Of a stretch of 64,000 bases of DNA, positions 27,007 to 35,940 are shown one piece after another (the first letter of the stretch is position 1; each line of letters starts with the position of its first letter). This stretch comes from Candidatus Aminicenantes bacterium. GTDB lineage: Bacteria; Acidobacteriota; Aminicenantia; Aminicenantales; JAFGBC01. The notes under the pieces were generated by a model. It saw nothing but the letters and a program-made list of their open reading frames with translations, ran no database searches and was not told the origin of the DNA. Where the stretch lies: positions 2,368,001 through 2,432,000 of the forward strand of contig OY969696.1 in NCBI GenBank assembly GCA_963702005.1. Direction: 5' to 3'. Made by a program: the position numbers and the translations under genes.

Positions 27007-27978
27007 CTACAGCCAGCCCCGTTCCCGGTACCAGCCGATGGTCTCTTGAATCCCGTCCTCGAGCGGAATGGACGTCCGGAATCCGAGGACGGCTTCAGCT
27101 TTCCCGACATCCTGGACCCAACCCTCCTGGATCATCTCCCGGTATTTATCGCGGCCGAATATCCCCGGGCGGCCGATCAGCCGTCCGACCAGGTCGGCCG
27201 TTGAGGCGGCTCCCCAAGCCAGAAGCCGCGGCACCCGGACCGGCCGGACTTTTCGTCCCAAGGTCCGCGCGGCGGCCCGGCCGATCTCGTCCCAGCTCGC
27301 CGCTTTCCGGTCGGCGATGTTGAAGATTTCCCCCGATCCGACCTCGGTCCGGGCGGCCCTCCACAGGGCTTCGACCAGGTCGCTGACATGGCAGATGCTC
27401 AGAAGCGGCGTCCCGGAACCATGGCGGGGCAAGAGGCCCAGCCGGACGATTTTGAAGTACTGGAGGAAATCCTTATCGCGGGGTCCATAGACGGCGCCGA
27501 CCCTGAGGATGACGAGCCGAAAGCGGTCTTTGAAACGGAGGGCTTCCCGTTCGGCGGCGAGCTTGCTCTTGCCGTAGTGGGAGACGGGCCGGGCGGGATC
27601 GCCTTCCAGGATGGGCCGGCCTTCGAAGAGGGGACCGGCCGCCGCCAAGCTGCTGAGGAGGACGACCTTAGGCCGGATTCCCTGGCTGGCCAGGCTGTCG
27701 AAAAGACTTGCCGTTCCTTTTTGGTTTACAGTATAATAAACAACCGATTTGGACGCTTTGGTCGCGCCCGCCAAGTGGAAGACGGTATCGATATCGGACG
27801 GGAGAGGCGGGATCGTCAGGAGATCCCCCCGGACGCAGTCGACCCCGAGGCCTTTCAGCCATTTCAGCCGCGCCGGGTCCCGGACAAGGGCGATGACGCT
27901 TGTCTCCGGCCGCGCGAGCAGAAATTCGATGAGGTGGCTTCCGATGAATCCGGTGCCGCCCGTGATGAAGGCCTTCAC
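27007..27978 (-). CDS. NAD-dependent epimerase/dehydratase (extended SDR), candidate keto-sphinganine/oxo-ceramide reductase
   Basis: ITGGTGFIG, HLAG, SSLAA, YGKSK (YxxxK) and VYGPRD. GTG start 27978; divergent from the spt-like gene. Confidence 0.85.
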   Translation of the reverse strand: MKAFITGGTGFIGSHLIEFLLARPETSVIALVRDPARLKWLKGLGVDCVRGDLLTIPPLPSDIDTVFHLAGATKASKSVVYYTVNQKGTASLFDSLASQGIRPKVVLLSSLAAAGPLFEGRPILEGDPARPVSHYGKSKLAAEREALRFKDRFRLVILRVGAVYGPRDKDFLQYFKIVRLGLLPRHGSGTPLLSICHVSDLVEALWRAARTEVGSGEIFNIADRKAASWDEIGRAAARTLGRKVRPVRVPRLLAWGAASTADLVGRLIGRPGIFGRDKYREMIQEGWVQDVGKAEAVLGFRTSIPLEDGIQETIGWYRERGWL

Positions 27979-28075
27979 GGCCGGGATTGTATGACATCGG
28001 GAGCGGCCGGTCAAATCGGGGCCCGGACCGTCTCGGACCCCGGCGAGACGATCGGAATCGAACGAGGAGGCTGGA

Positions 28076-29260
28076 ATGGATCTTTTTGATAAATGCCTGA
28101 GCTTCACCCGGGCCGGAGAGATGCAGGCCCTGGACCTCTATCCTTACTTCACGCCCATCCAGGAAGCCCAGGGGGCGCACATCAAGGTCAAGGGCCGGCC
28201 CATGATCATGGTCGGGTCGAACAACTATCTAGGCCTGGCCGACGACCCCCGCGTCAAGGCGGCGGCCAAAGCGGCCGTCGACCGCTACGGCGTCGGGACC
28301 TGCGGCTCGCGCTTCCTGACCGGGACGATCGACCTCCATGAGCAGCTTGAGGCCGCCCTGGCCCGCTTCATGAAGAAAGAAGCGGCCCTGACCTTCAGCA
28401 CCGGCTTCCAGACCAACCTCGGCATCATCTCGACGATCGCCGGCAAGGGGGATGTCATCCTGGCCGACCGCATGGTCCACGCCAGCATCATCGACGCCTG
28501 CCGGCTGTCCTTCGCCGACGTCGTCAAGTTCAAGCATAACGACCCGGGAGATCTCGAGCGGCTCCTGGCCTCCCTCCCTCCCGACGCCGGGAAGCTCGTC
28601 GTCGTCGACGGCGTCTTCAGCATGGAGGGCGATATCGCCGATCTCCCCGGCATCGTTCCGATCGCTAAAAAATATAAAGCCCGCGTCCTGGTCGATGACG
28701 CCCACGGCATCGGGGTCTTGGGCGCCAACGGACGGGGCACGGCCGAGCACTTTGGGATAGAGGACGAGGTCGACCTGATCATGGGGACCTTCTCCAAGTC
28801 CTTCGCCTCGATCGGCGGATTCGTGGTCGGAATTCCCCCGGTCGTCTCGTACATCAAACACCACGCCCGCTCCTTCATTTTCAGCGCCGCGGCGACGCCG
28901 GCCTCGGTGGCCTCGGTCCTGGCCATCGTCGAGATCATGCAGAAGGAGCCCGAGCGAAGAAATCGTCTCTGGGCGATCACCAAGAAAATGCGGACGGGCT
29001 TCCGGTCCATGGGCTACGACACGGGGCCCTCCCAGACTCCGATCATCCCCATCCTGGTCGGGGACGACGAGAAGGCCTTCATGCTCTGGAAGCTGCTCCG
29101 GGAAGCGGGGATCTTCACCACTCCCGTCGTCTACCCGGCCGTTTCCAAGGGCCAAGCCCTGATTCGGACGAGCTATGCGGCGAACCACACCGATCAAGAC
29201 TTGGACGCGATCCTGGCCGGCTTCAAGGCCTGCGGCCGGACGCTCGGCCTAATTCCCTGA
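28076..29260 (+). CDS. spt: serine palmitoyltransferase (alpha-oxoamine synthase family)
   Basis: LYPYF, GSNNYLGL, CGSRFLTGT, HASIID, DGVFSMEGD, DDAHG and GTFSKSFASIGGF. The N-terminus and GTFSKS pattern fit bacterial SPT better than BioF or Kbl. Confidence 0.75.
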   Translation: MDLFDKCLSFTRAGEMQALDLYPYFTPIQEAQGAHIKVKGRPMIMVGSNNYLGLADDPRVKAAAKAAVDRYGVGTCGSRFLTGTIDLHEQLEAALARFMKKEAALTFSTGFQTNLGIISTIAGKGDVILADRMVHASIIDACRLSFADVVKFKHNDPGDLERLLASLPPDAGKLVVVDGVFSMEGDIADLPGIVPIAKKYKARVLVDDAHGIGVLGANGRGTAEHFGIEDEVDLIMGTFSKSFASIGGFVVGIPPVVSYIKHHARSFIFSAAATPASVASVLAIVEIMQKEPERRNRLWAITKKMRTGFRSMGYDTGPSQTPIIPILVGDDEKAFMLWKLLREAGIFTTPVVYPAVSKGQALIRTSYAANHTDQDLDAILAGFKACGRTLGLIP

Positions 29261-29267
29261 GGCGGGG

Positions 29268-31091
29268 ATGAAAACCCTTCCGATGGTGCCGACCAGAGGC
29301 CGCCTTCCGGTTTTTCTCCTGGCCCTCGTCCTGGGCGCCGGGGCGGCCCGGGCCGCGACCTTAACGATGCCCCTGCACGATGTCAAGCCCGGCATGGCCG
29401 GCAAAGCCCGGAGCGTCTTCGCCGGCAACGCGATCGAGGAATCGGACGTCGAGATCCTGGGCGTCCTCTCCAACATCCAGCCTCAGCGGAGCTTGATCCT
29501 GGCCCGGCTCCGGGGCAAGACCGTGGACCAGGCCGGGATCATCCAGGGCATGAGCGGCAGTCCCGTCTTCATCGACGGCAAGATCATCGGCGCGATCGCC
29601 TACAGCTTTCCTTACGCCAAGGAGGCCATCGCGGGGATTACGCCCATCGATGAGATGCTGGCGATCGTCGATCGGGCGACGCCGCGGACCGTTCCTTCGC
29701 TCAGTCTGTCCCTGACGAACCGGCTGAGCCTGGAAGACCTGTTCGAGAGGAACAAGGACCTGATCCCGGCCGAGGTCTCCCTCGAGGCGGGCGGCCGGAT
29801 GGCCCGGCGGCTCCGCCTGCCCTTGGTCTTCGGCGGATTTTCCAGCCGCGCCGTCGAAAGGGCCAGGCCCTTCCTGGAGCGAATGGGTTTCATCCCGGTC
29901 TTGAGCGGGATATCCTCCCAGGCCCGGGACATGGTTCTGGGCACGGATCTCTCCCTCCACGAAGGCGACGCGGTCGGCATCCAGCTTGTCGGCGGCGACG
30001 CCGACGCTTCGGCGGTCGGGACCGTGACCTACGTGGACGGGAACCGGGTTCTGGCTTTCGGCCATCCCTTCTACAACCTCGGCGCCGTCGATTACGCCAT
30101 GACCAAGGCGCGCGTCGTCGCGGTCGTCCCCAGCCTGGAGAGCTCGTTCAAGCTTTCCGAGACCGAGGCATTGATCGGCGCCTTCAGCCAGGACCGGTCG
30201 GCGGGCGCCCTGGGCGAGATCGGGAGGATGCCGCGCCTCATCCCCGTCAACCTCCGGCTCGAGGAAGAGGGGCGGCCCGTCCGCGAATTCAAGCTCAAGG
30301 TCGTCAACGATAAAATCCTCGGTCCGGCCTTCCTCAATATCACGCTCTCTTCTCTTCTGACGGGGGAGGAGCGCTCCTACGGCGACCTGACTCTCGATTT
30401 CATGGGAGATGTCTACCTCGATAACGGAATGGGGATCCATCTCGAGGATCTCTACTCGGGGAATCTCGACAATTCGGCGACGAACGTCTCCGGCTTGGTC
30501 GCGGCCGTCGTCTACCTCCTCTCGAACAACGAATTCAAGGACCTCGGCATCCACCGGATCGACCTGGCCGTCCGCTCCTCGGATCGGCTCCGTCAGGCCT
30601 CGCTCGAGCGGGTCTGGCTCGACAAGTACGAGGTCTTGCCGGGGGAGCGAATCCAGATCAAGGTCTACTTGAAGGGTTTCAAGGAGGAGAGCATCGTTCA
30701 AGACGTCCAGCTCCAGGCGCCCAGCCTCCCGGCCGGCTCCGAGTTCCAGATCGTCGTCGCCGACGCGGCCTCGATGCAGCTTCTCGAGGCGGCGCAGTAC
30801 AAGACCCGCGAGTTCGTCCCGCGCAGCCTGGCCCAGCTCGTCCGGCTCCTCAACAACCTCCGTAAGAACAACCGCATCTACTTCAAGATCATAGCCTCCA
30901 AGCCGGGCCTCTTCTTGCGCGGCGAAGAACTTCCCAACCTGCCGCCTTCGCTGAAGGCCATGTTCGCTTCCCCGCGGGCGGCGGCCTCCGGCCCGACCGA
31001 GCTGACCCGTTCGACCTTGAGCGATTACCAGCTGCCGATCCCGTTTGTCTTTAAAGGCGCCGTCCTGATTCCCGTCCAAATCCGAAGATAG
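29268..31091 (+). CDS. SpoIVB-type (S55) peptidase domain secreted protein
   Basis: Signal peptide; GIIQGMSGSPV...GKIIGA, GTVTY.DG..VLAFGHP and QDR..G motifs. Confidence 0.85.
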   Translation: MKTLPMVPTRGRLPVFLLALVLGAGAARAATLTMPLHDVKPGMAGKARSVFAGNAIEESDVEILGVLSNIQPQRSLILARLRGKTVDQAGIIQGMSGSPVFIDGKIIGAIAYSFPYAKEAIAGITPIDEMLAIVDRATPRTVPSLSLSLTNRLSLEDLFERNKDLIPAEVSLEAGGRMARRLRLPLVFGGFSSRAVERARPFLERMGFIPVLSGISSQARDMVLGTDLSLHEGDAVGIQLVGGDADASAVGTVTYVDGNRVLAFGHPFYNLGAVDYAMTKARVVAVVPSLESSFKLSETEALIGAFSQDRSAGALGEIGRMPRLIPVNLRLEEEGRPVREFKLKVVNDKILGPAFLNITLSSLLTGEERSYGDLTLDFMGDVYLDNGMGIHLEDLYSGNLDNSATNVSGLVAAVVYLLSNNEFKDLGIHRIDLAVRSSDRLRQASLERVWLDKYEVLPGERIQIKVYLKGFKEESIVQDVQLQAPSLPAGSEFQIVVADAASMQLLEAAQYKTREFVPRSLAQLVRLLNNLRKNNRIYFKIIASKPGLFLRGEELPNLPPSLKAMFASPRAAASGPTELTRSTLSDYQLPIPFVFKGAVLIPVQIRR

Positions 31092-31103
31092 GAGAGCAAG
31101 GGG

Positions 31104-33257
31104 ATGAAAAAACGCACCGCCCTCGTCCTGGCCATCGTGATCGGCTCGGCCCTCCTGGCCTGGGGCGTCGCCCCTCAGAAGTGGGAATTCCGGAGTCAGA
31201 CGGATTTCCTGAAGGGGAAGTTCGACGGCATTTCCTTGTCATGGGACGGAGTCCTGAGCCTGGCGCCCCGGGAAGAGAAGAGCGCCGGCCCCTCGGAGGA
31301 ATTTTACCTCTCTTGCGTCGCCGGCGAGGAGGGCATTTTCTACCTGGGGACGGGCCACGGCGGCAAAGTCTATCGGATCGCCAAAGACGGGAGCGCCAAG
31401 GTCTATTATCAAGCGGCCGAGATGGACGTGACGGCCCTCGTCCTCGACGAAAAGGGCGTCTTGTTCGCGGCGACATCCCCCAACGGAAAAGTCTACAGGA
31501 TCACGGACAAGATGAAAGGCGAGGTCTTCTTCAATCCCGGTGAACGCTACATCTGGGACTTGGCCTTCATCCAAGCGGGGAATCTGCTTGTCGCCGTCGG
31601 CGAGAGCGGCGGCGTCTACGCGGTCAATCGCCTGGGGGAAGGGGAGTCCATCCTGAAGACGGCCGAGAATCACATCCTCTGTTTGAAACAGGACGGGCAG
31701 GGAGGCATTTATGCCGGGAGCGGAGGGAAAGGGGCCGTTTATCGGATCGCGGCGGGGAAGACCTCGCTGCTGTTCGAGTCGCCCTTCGAGGAAGTCAAGG
31801 GTCTCGTCCTTGCCGAGGACGGAAGCCTGTTCGCCGCGGCCGGCGGACCGTCCCCGGCCGTTAAAAAAGACGAGGCGGCCGGCTCTGCCCTCAAGACCGG
31901 GACCGATGTCGCGGTGACCGTGACCGCCTCCGCCTCCGAAAGCGCGGCCCTGGCCCTTCCGGGCAAGGAAACGGCGGCGATTTTCAAGATCGCTCCCGAC
32001 GGCTTGGCCAGGAAGATCTGGACCTCGGAGGAAGACCTGATCTATTCCATCGTCCGGGAACCCGGTTCCGGCCGTATCCTGTTCGGTACGGGACCGAAGG
32101 GAAGGCTCTACGCCCTCGACGCCGCGGAGCGCGCGTCCCTGTTGATCCAGGAGAACGCGGAGCAGGTCTTTATGCTTTCCGCCTGGGACGACGGGATCCG
32201 CATTCTTTCCAACAATCCGCCCGGTCTTGCCGTCCTTCATCCCGACCAGCGCCCGGCCGGGGAATACCTCGGTCCCGTCCTTGACGCCCGGACCATCGCG
32301 TCCTGGGGTCGGCTGTCCTGGGAAGGCTCGGTCCCTACGGGCTCCATCCTCCAATTCCAGACCCGGAGCGGCAACAGCGCCGATCCAAGCCCGACCTGGA
32401 GCGACTGGTCTCCTCCCTACCAGAAGATGGAAGAGGCCGTCCTGAGCCCGCGGGCCCGCTATCTCCAGTTCCGGGCCCTGCTCAAGCTGCAATCCGGGAA
32501 AGCTTCGCCCTCGATCGCCCGGGCCCAAGTCTTTTACATCCAGTCCAATTTAAAGCCGGAGATCGCAAGCCTCGACTGGCTCGCGCCCAACGAGGTCTAC
32601 CTCGAACCCCCCGTCCAGGATGACGTCATCTGGGGGCTCGACGAAAGCGCGGACCGGCGTCCCGCCAAGCCCGATGAGGCCAAGACCATCATGACGGCTA
32701 AGAAAGCCGTCCGCAAAGGGTACCAAACCATCGTCTGGGAAGCCCGGGATGAGAATGAGGACGTTCTGACCTTCACGCTTCGCCTTAAAAAAGACGACGA
32801 ATCCCAATGGCGCCTCCTCAAGGACGGCTGGACCGAGAATCTGTTCGCCTTCGATACGACGGCGTTCCCCGACGGAACATACCTCATGAAGCTCGAAGCC
32901 TCCGACACGCCCTCCAACCCGGCCGGAAGCGAGCTCCGGGCGGAGCGGACGAGCGTTCCCCTCGTCATCGACAACTCGCTCCCCGTCATCAAGAATTTCA
33001 CGGCCGTCCGCGATAAGGACCGCGCCGGCCTGGCCGTTTCATTCCAGGCCGAGGACGCCTTCTCGTCCATCGAGGAAGTCGAGGTCATGGTCCGGCCCCA
33101 GGGCTGGCGGGTCGTTTTCCCGACCGACGGGATCTGCGATTCCAAGCAGGAAAGCTTTTCGTTCGTCCTGCCGCTCGCTCCCAATGCCGACAACCTCGTC
33201 GTCGTCCGCGCCAAGGACAGGTACGGGAACGTCGGCGTCGTCCGGCAGGTGTTCTGA
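31104..33257 (+). CDS. secreted beta-propeller protein with C-terminal Ig/FN3-like domains
   Basis: Signal peptide; repeated GxxGKVYRI blades; TRSGN..P..TWSDWS, RYLQFRA and PDGTY...ASD.PSN motifs. Confidence 0.75.
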   Translation: MKKRTALVLAIVIGSALLAWGVAPQKWEFRSQTDFLKGKFDGISLSWDGVLSLAPREEKSAGPSEEFYLSCVAGEEGIFYLGTGHGGKVYRIAKDGSAKVYYQAAEMDVTALVLDEKGVLFAATSPNGKVYRITDKMKGEVFFNPGERYIWDLAFIQAGNLLVAVGESGGVYAVNRLGEGESILKTAENHILCLKQDGQGGIYAGSGGKGAVYRIAAGKTSLLFESPFEEVKGLVLAEDGSLFAAAGGPSPAVKKDEAAGSALKTGTDVAVTVTASASESAALALPGKETAAIFKIAPDGLARKIWTSEEDLIYSIVREPGSGRILFGTGPKGRLYALDAAERASLLIQENAEQVFMLSAWDDGIRILSNNPPGLAVLHPDQRPAGEYLGPVLDARTIASWGRLSWEGSVPTGSILQFQTRSGNSADPSPTWSDWSPPYQKMEEAVLSPRARYLQFRALLKLQSGKASPSIARAQVFYIQSNLKPEIASLDWLAPNEVYLEPPVQDDVIWGLDESADRRPAKPDEAKTIMTAKKAVRKGYQTIVWEARDENEDVLTFTLRLKKDDESQWRLLKDGWTENLFAFDTTAFPDGTYLMKLEASDTPSNPAGSELRAERTSVPLVIDNSLPVIKNFTAVRDKDRAGLAVSFQAEDAFSSIEEVEVMVRPQGWRVVFPTDGICDSKQESFSFVLPLAPNADNLVVVRAKDRYGNVGVVRQVF

Positions 33258-33290
33258 GGCTCCGAGGCGGGTTCGCTTCCGCCGCCGGCC

Positions 33291-33857
33291 CTATTTGGTC
33301 CTGACCCGCTCCAGGTACTTGTTGTCCCGGGTGTCGATCCGGATGACGTCCCCCTCCTTGACGAATTGGGGAACGGTCACGGTCAGGCCGGTTTCGAGGG
33401 CGGCGGGCTTGCTGCTGGCCGACTGGGTCGCGCCCTTGAGGAAGGGCGCCGTCTCCGTGACCAAGAGGTCGACGGTCACGGGCGGTTCGATCCCGATGGC
33501 GACGCCGTCATGGGTCTCAATCTTGAAGACGACGTTGGGGATGAGGTAATTGACGCCGTCCCCGATAACGTCCGGGGAGAGCTTGATCTGCTCGTAGTTC
33601 TCGAGGTTCATGAAAACGAAATCCTCGCCCTCGCGGTAGAGATACTCCATCTCGGTCTCTTCCAAGACCGCCTGCTCGACCCGCTCCTCGGAGCGAAGGC
33701 GGCGCTCGGTCTGGCTTCCGTCCCGGAGGTTGCGGAGCTTGGTCTGGACGATGGCCTTCCAGCGGCCGGGCGTGATGAGCTGGACTTCCATGACCTTGAA
33801 TAGAATCCCGTCCATGTTGAGGATCATGCCCCTCCGGATCTGGGTGGCGTCGATCAT
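33291..33857 (-). CDS. efp: elongation factor P (PGRW loop variant)
   Basis: QTKLRNL..G, MEYLY, FMNLENYEQ, KPA.LETG..V.VPQFV.EGD.IRIDTR..KYLER. AGGAGG RBS. Confidence 0.93.
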   Translation of the reverse strand: MIDATQIRRGMILNMDGILFKVMEVQLITPGRWKAIVQTKLRNLRDGSQTERRLRSEERVEQAVLEETEMEYLYREGEDFVFMNLENYEQIKLSPDVIGDGVNYLIPNVVFKIETHDGVAIGIEPPVTVDLLVTETAPFLKGATQSASSKPAALETGLTVTVPQFVKEGDVIRIDTRDNKYLERVRTK

Positions 33858-34966
33858 GGTGCCTCCTGAGAACGATCGGACGGGCGGCCGGACTCGACCC
33901 GGACTCCGCCGTCGATGTGGATGACGGCGGGCCGCGCCCCGGCCCGCTCGCAGGCCTCGGCAACGGCCTCGGCCCGCCCCGGCGCATAGACGAAAGCGCA
34001 GCCGCCTCCGCCCGAGCCGTTGATCTTGCCGCCCAGGCCGCCGGCGCCGAGAGCGGCCTCCAAGATCCGGTCGATCTTGGGAGTCGAGATCCGGAGGTCG
34101 TCCCTCAACAGACCGTGCTGGCGGGAGAGGAGCTCGCCGAAACGCCGGCCGTCGAAGGGCTGGGATTGAAACAAGGCGACGCCCTGACGGGTCAAGTCGC
34201 GGTTGCGGAGGGCCGCATCGAGTAGGCGGCGCGGGTCTGCCGACAGCCTGGAGATTGCCGCGGTCATCTCCGGGGTTGGATCTCCCTTGAGGGAAAAGCC
34301 CGGGTGTATTTTCTTGATCTCGGCGACTCCCGCCAAGACGCGGCTCTTGACCGAGCCGAGGGTTCCCGTCGTGTCCTTTTTTTCGAGCGAGTCGGCCAGG
34401 ACGAATTCGCCGGCCGGGAGGGGAAACTCGCTGAGGGCGAGGGGGTCCTCGAAACGGATCCAAAGGACCCCGCCCCGGGCGGAGGCGTAGTGGTCCATCT
34501 TCCCGCCCGGCTCTCCGAACTCGGCCACCTCGGAGAGATACCCCAGTTCGGCGACTTGTTCGGGGGAAACGCTTCCACCCCTGCCCGCGGCCTCGATCAG
34601 GAAGCGGATCCAGGCGATGACCAGGGCCGACGAGCTCGATGTCCCGGCGTTGATGGGGATCGTCCCGCGGACGAGAATGTCCCACCCCGAGGGGAGGGAA
34701 ACGCCCGAGCGTCTCAGGACATTGACGACGCTGCGCAGATAATCCCTCGGCTTGGCATAAGGGATGTCGCCGGCCAGGTCGAACTCGTCCCGCTCGCCGA
34801 TGTCGGGGCAATTGAAAACCAGGCGGGAGTCGGTCCGGCGTCGGCCGCTTAACCTGATCCGGACGTCGACGGCCGCGGCGATGACGTCCAATCCCAGGTA
34901 GTCCTGATGCTCTCCGAACAGACAGATTCGGCCGGGAGCGGATACGATCAAGTCGGCGTCGCGCAT
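33854..34966 (-). CDS. galactokinase-like GHMP kinase
   Basis: APGRICLFGEHQDY, IPINAGTSSSSA, GKMD and GGKINGSGGGG motifs. Confidence 0.88.
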   Translation of the reverse strand: MRDADLIVSAPGRICLFGEHQDYLGLDVIAAAVDVRIRLSGRRRTDSRLVFNCPDIGERDEFDLAGDIPYAKPRDYLRSVVNVLRRSGVSLPSGWDILVRGTIPINAGTSSSSALVIAWIRFLIEAAGRGGSVSPEQVAELGYLSEVAEFGEPGGKMDHYASARGGVLWIRFEDPLALSEFPLPAGEFVLADSLEKKDTTGTLGSVKSRVLAGVAEIKKIHPGFSLKGDPTPEMTAAISRLSADPRRLLDAALRNRDLTRQGVALFQSQPFDGRRFGELLSRQHGLLRDDLRISTPKIDRILEAALGAGGLGGKINGSGGGGCAFVYAPGRAEAVAEACERAGARPAVIHIDGGVRVESGRPSDRSQEAP

Positions 34967-35035
34967 GACATCCTTTTTTATCCGAAGCGCCCCGTTATGT
35001 CAATATCGGGCAGGCTCAGCCGACGAGGCTTCTAG

Positions 35036-35056
35036 TACTCAGGGTTTCCCTGAGTA
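35036..35056. repeat. perfect intergenic hairpin (REP-like core)
   Basis: TACTCAGGG-TTT-CCCTGAGTA; shares CTCAGGGTT with the element at 40.9 kb. Confidence 0.5.
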
Positions 35057-35119
35057 TGGGGTTCGGTCGCTTCAGATCCAAGTTGATTTCAAGGTCTAAT
35101 TGGTCTATAAAAGGCTCCG

Positions 35120-35902
35120 GTGACCATGTCCGAGATCGGCTTCCTAGGGACGGGCGGCGCGGTTCCCTCGGTCAAACGGGACAACATGTCCTTCGTTCTG
35201 ATCCGGGACGAGCGCTCCGTCCTGGTCGATTGTCCGGGCGGGGTTTTCCAGAAGCTCAAGAAGCTCGGGCTCGACCCCGGTTCGGTCGGCCACATCGTCG
35301 TGACCCATATCCATCCCGACCATGTCTACGGCCTTCCCGCCTTCATCCACAGCCTGATGCTCGACGAAGGGACGGTCGTCCTCTGGGGGTCCGCGGAAAC
35401 GGCCGAATTCTGCGGCCGCCTCCTGGACCTGTTCGGGCTCCGGGACAAAAAGATCTTGAGGAGGGTCGCCTTCCGGCCCCTGGCGCCGGGCCGCGAGGTC
35501 GAAGCGGAGCCGGGCCTCGGACTGTCCGTCCTGAGCATCCCCCATCATTCCTCGTCGCTCGCCTTCCGCTTCGCCCTCGAGCCGGAAGGCAAGACGATCG
35601 CTTATTCCGGGGACACGCCCGCCCACCCGCCCTTCTTCGTTTGGGCTGGCGGAAGCGACGTCCTCATCCACGATTGCAGCGTTCCTTCGCGGTTCTTCCG
35701 GGATTTTCCGGCCCTGGCCGCGATGCACACCCATGCCCTGGATCTGGGCCGGATGAGCGAGCGGGCCGGCATCGAGCTTCTCATCCCGGGCCATTTTTTC
35801 GGAGAGGTCGAATACGATATGTCCGAAATCGAGGATGAAATCCGGAGCGGCTTCACGGGACGCCTGATCATCCCCGCCGACATGATGAGGATCCCGCTGT
35901 GA
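35120..35902 (+). CDS. ribonuclease Z-like metallo-beta-lactamase fold hydrolase
   Basis: FLGTGG.VP...RDN, VLVDC, THIHPDH, YSGDT, LIHDC and L..GH. Start is GTG 35120 or ATG 35126. Confidence 0.85.
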   Translation: MTMSEIGFLGTGGAVPSVKRDNMSFVLIRDERSVLVDCPGGVFQKLKKLGLDPGSVGHIVVTHIHPDHVYGLPAFIHSLMLDEGTVVLWGSAETAEFCGRLLDLFGLRDKKILRRVAFRPLAPGREVEAEPGLGLSVLSIPHHSSSLAFRFALEPEGKTIAYSGDTPAHPPFFVWAGGSDVLIHDCSVPSRFFRDFPALAAMHTHALDLGRMSERAGIELLIPGHFFGEVEYDMSEIEDEIRSGFTGRLIIPADMMRIPL

Positions 35903-35940
35903 AACCGGAGACCGCTTCGATCGCGGCCAAGGAGCGTTCC

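Noticed and set aside
33291-34811. 506-aa ORF suggesting an N-terminally extended EF-P
   Set aside because: The extension is an off-frame read through the GHMP kinase; efp has its own RBS and ATG at 33857.
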